From Raillietiella orientalis (taxonomy: Eukaryota), in contig JAYWIR010000011.1 of NCBI GenBank assembly GCA_036172245.1, positions 2,604,001 to 2,668,000 of the forward strand: a stretch of DNA of 64,000 nt, in the 5' to 3' direction. The notes beneath the pieces are model-generated. The model saw nothing but the letters and a program-made list of their open reading frames with translations, was not told the DNA's origin and ran no database searches. A program made the translations under genes and the position numbers. Positions 60,500 through 64,000 of this stretch are shown here, one piece after another. Each line of letters starts with the position of its first letter. Positions within the stretch are counted from its first letter, which is position 1.

Positions 60500-62900
60500 T
60501 ACGAGAGGGCGAGGCCGCACCTTTCTGCATCTGGTGGTCGGTGAAGATCATCCCTTCCTGCCCCGGCACCCTTGTGCGCGCTCCACAATCCTCCGGAGCA
60601 TCCTCGGCTTCCCGGAGCTCGGCAGGTGACGAACCCGAACCTCGGTGACCTTGGCGACAGGTCTTGCTCTCTCGAGCGGTGCATGCCTGCGAGCGAGGAG
60701 CAGGGTAGCGGCTCGCCGGCAGCAGTTCGAGACGCAACTCTCCTTCGGTCCGGGTCGCCTGACGACGAAGCTAGGGAAGTGGTGGTTTCCGGTAAACCCG
60801 GGCCGGGCCGGCGGGAACAAACATCCTCCCCTTCCCGTCGCGCGGGAAGCAACTCCCCTTTAATCCTTTCCCGCGCGCTGACTCCTGGCAATCGAGGGGC
60901 GTCCGCAGCAATCGAGTCCACACTACCACCGCTTTCATCGCTGCCATCGAGGGCGGGCTTGGAGAGATCTGCTTGCGCAGGAGGGAGGGAAAGCGGGAGC
61001 TCCATGTGTCGCCTCCCGTGGCGCAAGTGCGGGTGCAGAGCGGCCTGCCTGAGCGACTGGCATCCCTTTGAGCGGGGGGATGGTTCGACCGCAGCCGCGG
61101 GGGCCGATCGGATGACCCCGCCGAATTAAACGGGGCTGCCTGACGAGGGCGCACCGAAGGCCCCGTTTTCTCCAACCTTCGGGACAGCATGGGAGCGGGA
61201 AGCTCCAGGGACATCGAAATCTCGAAATCCTATCGCTTCTCCCCATCGGGGAGGTGGGTGTCCTCCCCTGTCCAATGACTCTGTCGGTTCGCAGAATCAC
61301 TCGAACGCCCATGGACAACGCGCACGGAAGGCGCTGAGTTCTGACGAGCCCCCCCCTCCCGGCAAAGACAAGGTTTTCCTTCGTCCAAGGGAAGCCTCCG
61401 GGTGCATCCCGAGACGGATAGGGGACAACGAAGCTGCTCGGAGGGAGTGCGTGATCCGGCTCGCTGAGGCGTTGATGGTGCCGCCGTCAGGCGCCCGAAC
61501 GGGAAAAACTTTCTGTCGCGACATAGGGAACCCCTGGTGCCAAGTGAAAAGCTGGGGGTTTGCATCCCAGCCGTGCTCCTCCTCAACCCGGAATCTCCCT
61601 CCCATTGGCGTCCTCGTCCGCCTGGAGTCTCGTTCCATGGCGGCAGGCAAAGAATGGGGGATTCCCCTACTCCATCACGTTGGTGCTTGTCTGATCATCG
61701 AAGGTCCGAACATCCGGCTCGAAGAGCGTCTTCGACTGCATCGGGTGAGCGCTGTGGGCGAACACCGGGGCGCCTCTTCCGGGGGCCGACTTTCCCCAAG
61801 TGGTGTTCTCGGTGCTGCGTCGAGCATGCGCGCAGCGCTGGGCAGCAGCGTCCCATCTGTGCGGCGTCCCACGGGTTCTTCCGTCCCCGGGAAGAGTCTT
61901 TCCCGCCTCTCCACGATGCTGGGCCATGAATCCCACGCACCCTGGACCCGTTTCCGTGGGACAGCTGCACTCGGAGCATCCGACCCCATGAAAAAACCGG
62001 GGACCTCTCTCTTCCTCTTTAGAGGAAGTTGGAGTTCGGCCGGAGACCCATGGTGCCGTCCGTCTACCGCAGGATCGCCTCTCAAAGGTCTGAGGTCAAA
62101 GCAGGCAAGGACTGTACGTGAGGGGGGGCTCCGTCGCCCCTTCTCAGGCTGTTTTTCACAGCGGGCGACAACCTTCGCTTCGCTGCTTGGTGCTTCCTGC
62201 GCCCGTGCGACAGGACCGTGTCCTGATACCCCGGAAGGCCCCGTTAACAGACAGGCCGCACCGAGGTTGCGCGGCTCGGAATGGGGCCCCCCAACCGCTC
62301 GCTTCACAAAGAGGCCCTCTCTTGTAGGCGGCTGAGCACGATGCCGCTGCGAAGCGGACGTCATCGTCCAAGTGCGTCCTCCATAGGGAAACTCTCCGGT
62401 AGGATGCTCGTGGAGGCCAGGCCCAGTGCTGCAGAAGCGCTGCTGTCGCCCGTCAGCTAGAGACTTCCGTGCCTCCGGAATGCAAGAGAAGTGCGACGGC
62501 CCGGACGCCTGCCCACGGGCTCCTGACCAGGAAAAGGCTCGCGGCACGTAGTGAGCGCGCGATCGGATCTCTAGGATGCTGGGAGCAACCAGACGACGCA
62601 AGACCTTTGCGCGAGGCAGGAGCCCCAAGGCTGGGTACGGAGAAAACGAGGCCGCCACCGGACGATGGTGGTTGGAACGTCCTCTGGATCACTCCCCCGA
62701 CGGCGTCTGCAGCCCGGTGGCATACCGAGGACGAGAAGGCGTCTCCGGGCAGCAGGTGTACAGTGGCGGATCCCAAGGAGAGCCTTCAAGGACGGAGACC
62801 CACCCCGTCTTTTTTCCTCCAGGCCCGAAGGACTCGAAGATGGTGCGGAGCCATCTTTTTGGTTGGCCCGCGCACGCCTAGTATTCTCGTCGCTGAAATC
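60500..62900 (-). mobile_element. Decayed I-type LINE ORF2 (APE-RT-possible RNase H)
   Basis: Minus-strand order: 'SSGGGLVFSV' (APE GGGV-like), 'VRTFDD' (FADD-like), 'W..NPQ', 'LDGSDESGG' (RNase H TDGS-like). Confidence 0.35.
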
Positions 62901-64000
62901 CGCCTGCCACTGGGTCCATCTGGGCGGGGAACTCTGGAAGGACAGGCAGGTATTCCAGATAGGAGTCGTGGGAAAAGGGGTGTTTTTCTAGGGTGGAACT
63001 CTTTCCCGAGTGTCCCAAAAAGAACCTCCACCTTCACCCCACTCGCGCCCCACTCCCGAAACGGAGGAATTTCCTTTGTCTCCGACTCCTGTGCTCGGAG
63101 GAACCTCTCCTGGACCACTTCTTGGCGCCGCCCACGCCACTTCCCCGCCTGGGAACTGATGGGTCAACGCACCTCCTGGGAGCAAGAAGGAAGACCCCCT
63201 ACCTTGAACATCCCTCCTGAGTGAAGGTCCTACATGAGCAGGACCCTTTTGCCATGGTCCGCTTCTCCTTTGCATCCGCCTTCAAAGCTGCCGTGTTCCT
63301 ACGGGAGGAAGAACTTTCCTTTCTACGGAAGGCCACTCTCGTTGCTCAGCAACCCCATCCAGGCAGGAAACGCTTCTTTCCCTTCTCATACGGGGAGCTC
63401 CGTTCTCCACAGACCCCGAAGCGGAAGGATGCAAAGGGGAGGGACGGTTGGGTTGCCCAGCAACAACACCTCTTTTCGTCCCTCCCCTCTTCCACAGCTT
63501 CCTCGGGCCACCTTCAGAGTCGCTTGGCTGCACGACACCGGCCGCGGCGGCTAAGGAGAGGGGGAGGACTCATGTCTCGCGGTCGTCAGGGCAACAGGCG
63601 ACCCCTCTGGCGCCGCCTTGTCTCTGCAGCTTCTCCCGGAAGCAGCTGCTGCCGCTGCTCCACCTGCGTCCAGCAAGAAAGGCGGGCGGAGAACCGCACA
63701 GACACCAAGGGATGACCTTCCTTGGGAGCCCGCGACCTCTCCTTCCGGGGGATTCGTGTGGGAGGGGGGAGAGGTTGAGAGCGCTCCTCTCTCTGAACCC
63801 ACCCGCACTCAGCGAGGATGTAAGATCAGATCACGCCCCTCCTCCTCGCCATTATCGGTAGAGTGGGGGAGGTCCCAATCGAAGGGGGTCACAACTTCCA
63901 AGAGCGGGTCTGACCTTCGTCCTCCCCCGTCGCGGAAGGCTGGGCAGATTTGTCGGCGGCGGCGTGGAGAAGCCCAGCCTCTCGACTTTCCTGCACCGCG

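Noticed and set aside
61131..61165. CTGACGA-GG..CC-GAAG with paired flanks
   Set aside because: No GAAA, no stem III or cleavage triplet; not a credible hammerhead.
61232..61241. ATCGCTTCTC, identical to the first 10 nt of U2
   Set aside because: The match stops at 10 nt and lies 51 kb downstream of the U2 remnant; consistent with chance.

Overview
Eukaryotic, probably invertebrate/arthropod, genomic DNA; the U2 3' half resembles insect-type U2. It is mostly GC-rich with AT-richer islands. Host features I can support: the first four coding exons of a spliced minus-strand BTB/POZ-BACK protein gene (2469->118, running off the window start), an intact tRNA-Gln(CTG) gene (29325-29396, -) and a 5'-truncated U2 snRNA copy (9693-9841). 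Most of the rest is heavily decayed non-LTR retrotransposon sequence (Jockey/I/CR1-like and L1/Tx1-like), and nearly all long ORFs in the track are GC-rich artefacts. The most interesting signals are two apparent target-specific retrotransposon systems. (1) An L1/Tx1-like LINE family has 3' ends that, in 5-6 copies, stop at the same motif, which lies antisense within a ~750 bp tRNA-His-like SINE; an empty SINE and a split SINE with a degenerate duplication are both in the window. (2) A decayed Tx1-like 3' end is fused to U2 at about nt 39, the known Keno/Utopia insertion site. TE assignments come from by-eye motif matching in frameshifted sequence and their boundaries are approximate.
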